Below are positions 63,800 to 64,000 of a DNA stretch of 64,000 nt, piece by piece. The number at the start of each line of letters is the position of its first letter. The first letter of the stretch is position 1. The notes under the pieces were generated by a model. The model was not told where the DNA came from. It made no database searches and was given only the letters and a program-made list of their open reading frames with translations. Both the position numbers and the translations under genes were made by a program. The DNA lies in NCBI GenBank assembly GCA_963815095.1, contig CAWFFH010000003.1:128001-192000 (forward strand). The letters run 5' to 3'. Source of the stretch: Candidatus Bathyarchaeota archaeon (GTDB lineage: Archaea; Thermoproteota; Bathyarchaeia; Bathyarchaeales; Bathycorpusculaceae).

Positions 63800-64000
63800 T
63801 TATGGTCGTTTTCTAAGGACCAGTATGATCAATAGACCAACGACTATTATGGCTACTAATAGGCCTGCGATTGCTGGGACGAAGTATTGGTCAGCTGGTG
63901 ATGGTGCTTGTGTTGGTGCTAAGGTTGCGTGTTCAGCGACTGGATCAACGTTGAATGCTGTTACTGCGTGTGCTGGCCAGTATGATTCAGAGCCTGCGAA
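63800..64000 (-). CDS. C-terminus of a membrane-anchored surface protein (partial)
   Basis: FAGSESYWPAHAVTAFNVD...YFVPAIAGLLVAIIVVGLLIILVLRKRP*; resembles the tails of bathyarchaeal PQQ-like beta-propeller proteins. Confidence 0.75.
   Translation of the reverse strand, partial: FAGSESYWPAHAVTAFNVDPVAEHATLAPTQAPSPADQYFVPAIAGLLVAIIVVGLLIILVLRKRP

Overview
Archaeal chromosomal window, most likely Bathyarchaeia (MCG/TACK). This is inferred from the crenarchaeal-type 16S ends, the lsm-rpl37e pair, the A1-U72 tRNA-Gln and a typical C-terminal TM+RKRP surface-protein tail. Main contents in order: (i) an arsenic cluster (tandem-domain ArsC, two small ORFs, ArsC, Acr3, with divergent ArsR and ArsM); (ii) a phosphate/polyphosphate region (secreted purple-acid-type phosphatase, CYTH, PPK1, CHAD-metallophosphoesterase-HD fusion, PPX, PPK2, PhoU, PstSCAB, AbrB-PhoU regulator, second PstS, HAD); (iii) housekeeping genes and a three-gene two-component cassette; (iv) a stand-alone 16S rRNA gene with a clear bulge-helix-bulge processing stem; (v) a patch of tiny genes, including an RHH gene preceded by an 8-bp-periodic repeat array, then PiT/DUF47 and PAP2; (vi) an A/V-type ATP synthase cluster in which atpI is inverted; (vii) NfeD, FprA, radical SAM, GT2, tRNA-Gln and deoxyhypusine synthase. 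The least explained signals are several intergenic long hairpins with C/U-rich loops (candidate sRNAs), a riboswitch-like leader, many unannotated Cys-rich microproteins, a homopolymer frameshift in a signal peptide and two genes that seem to need non-canonical start codons. No CRISPR array, transposase or integrase was seen. All calls are by eye, with no database search.
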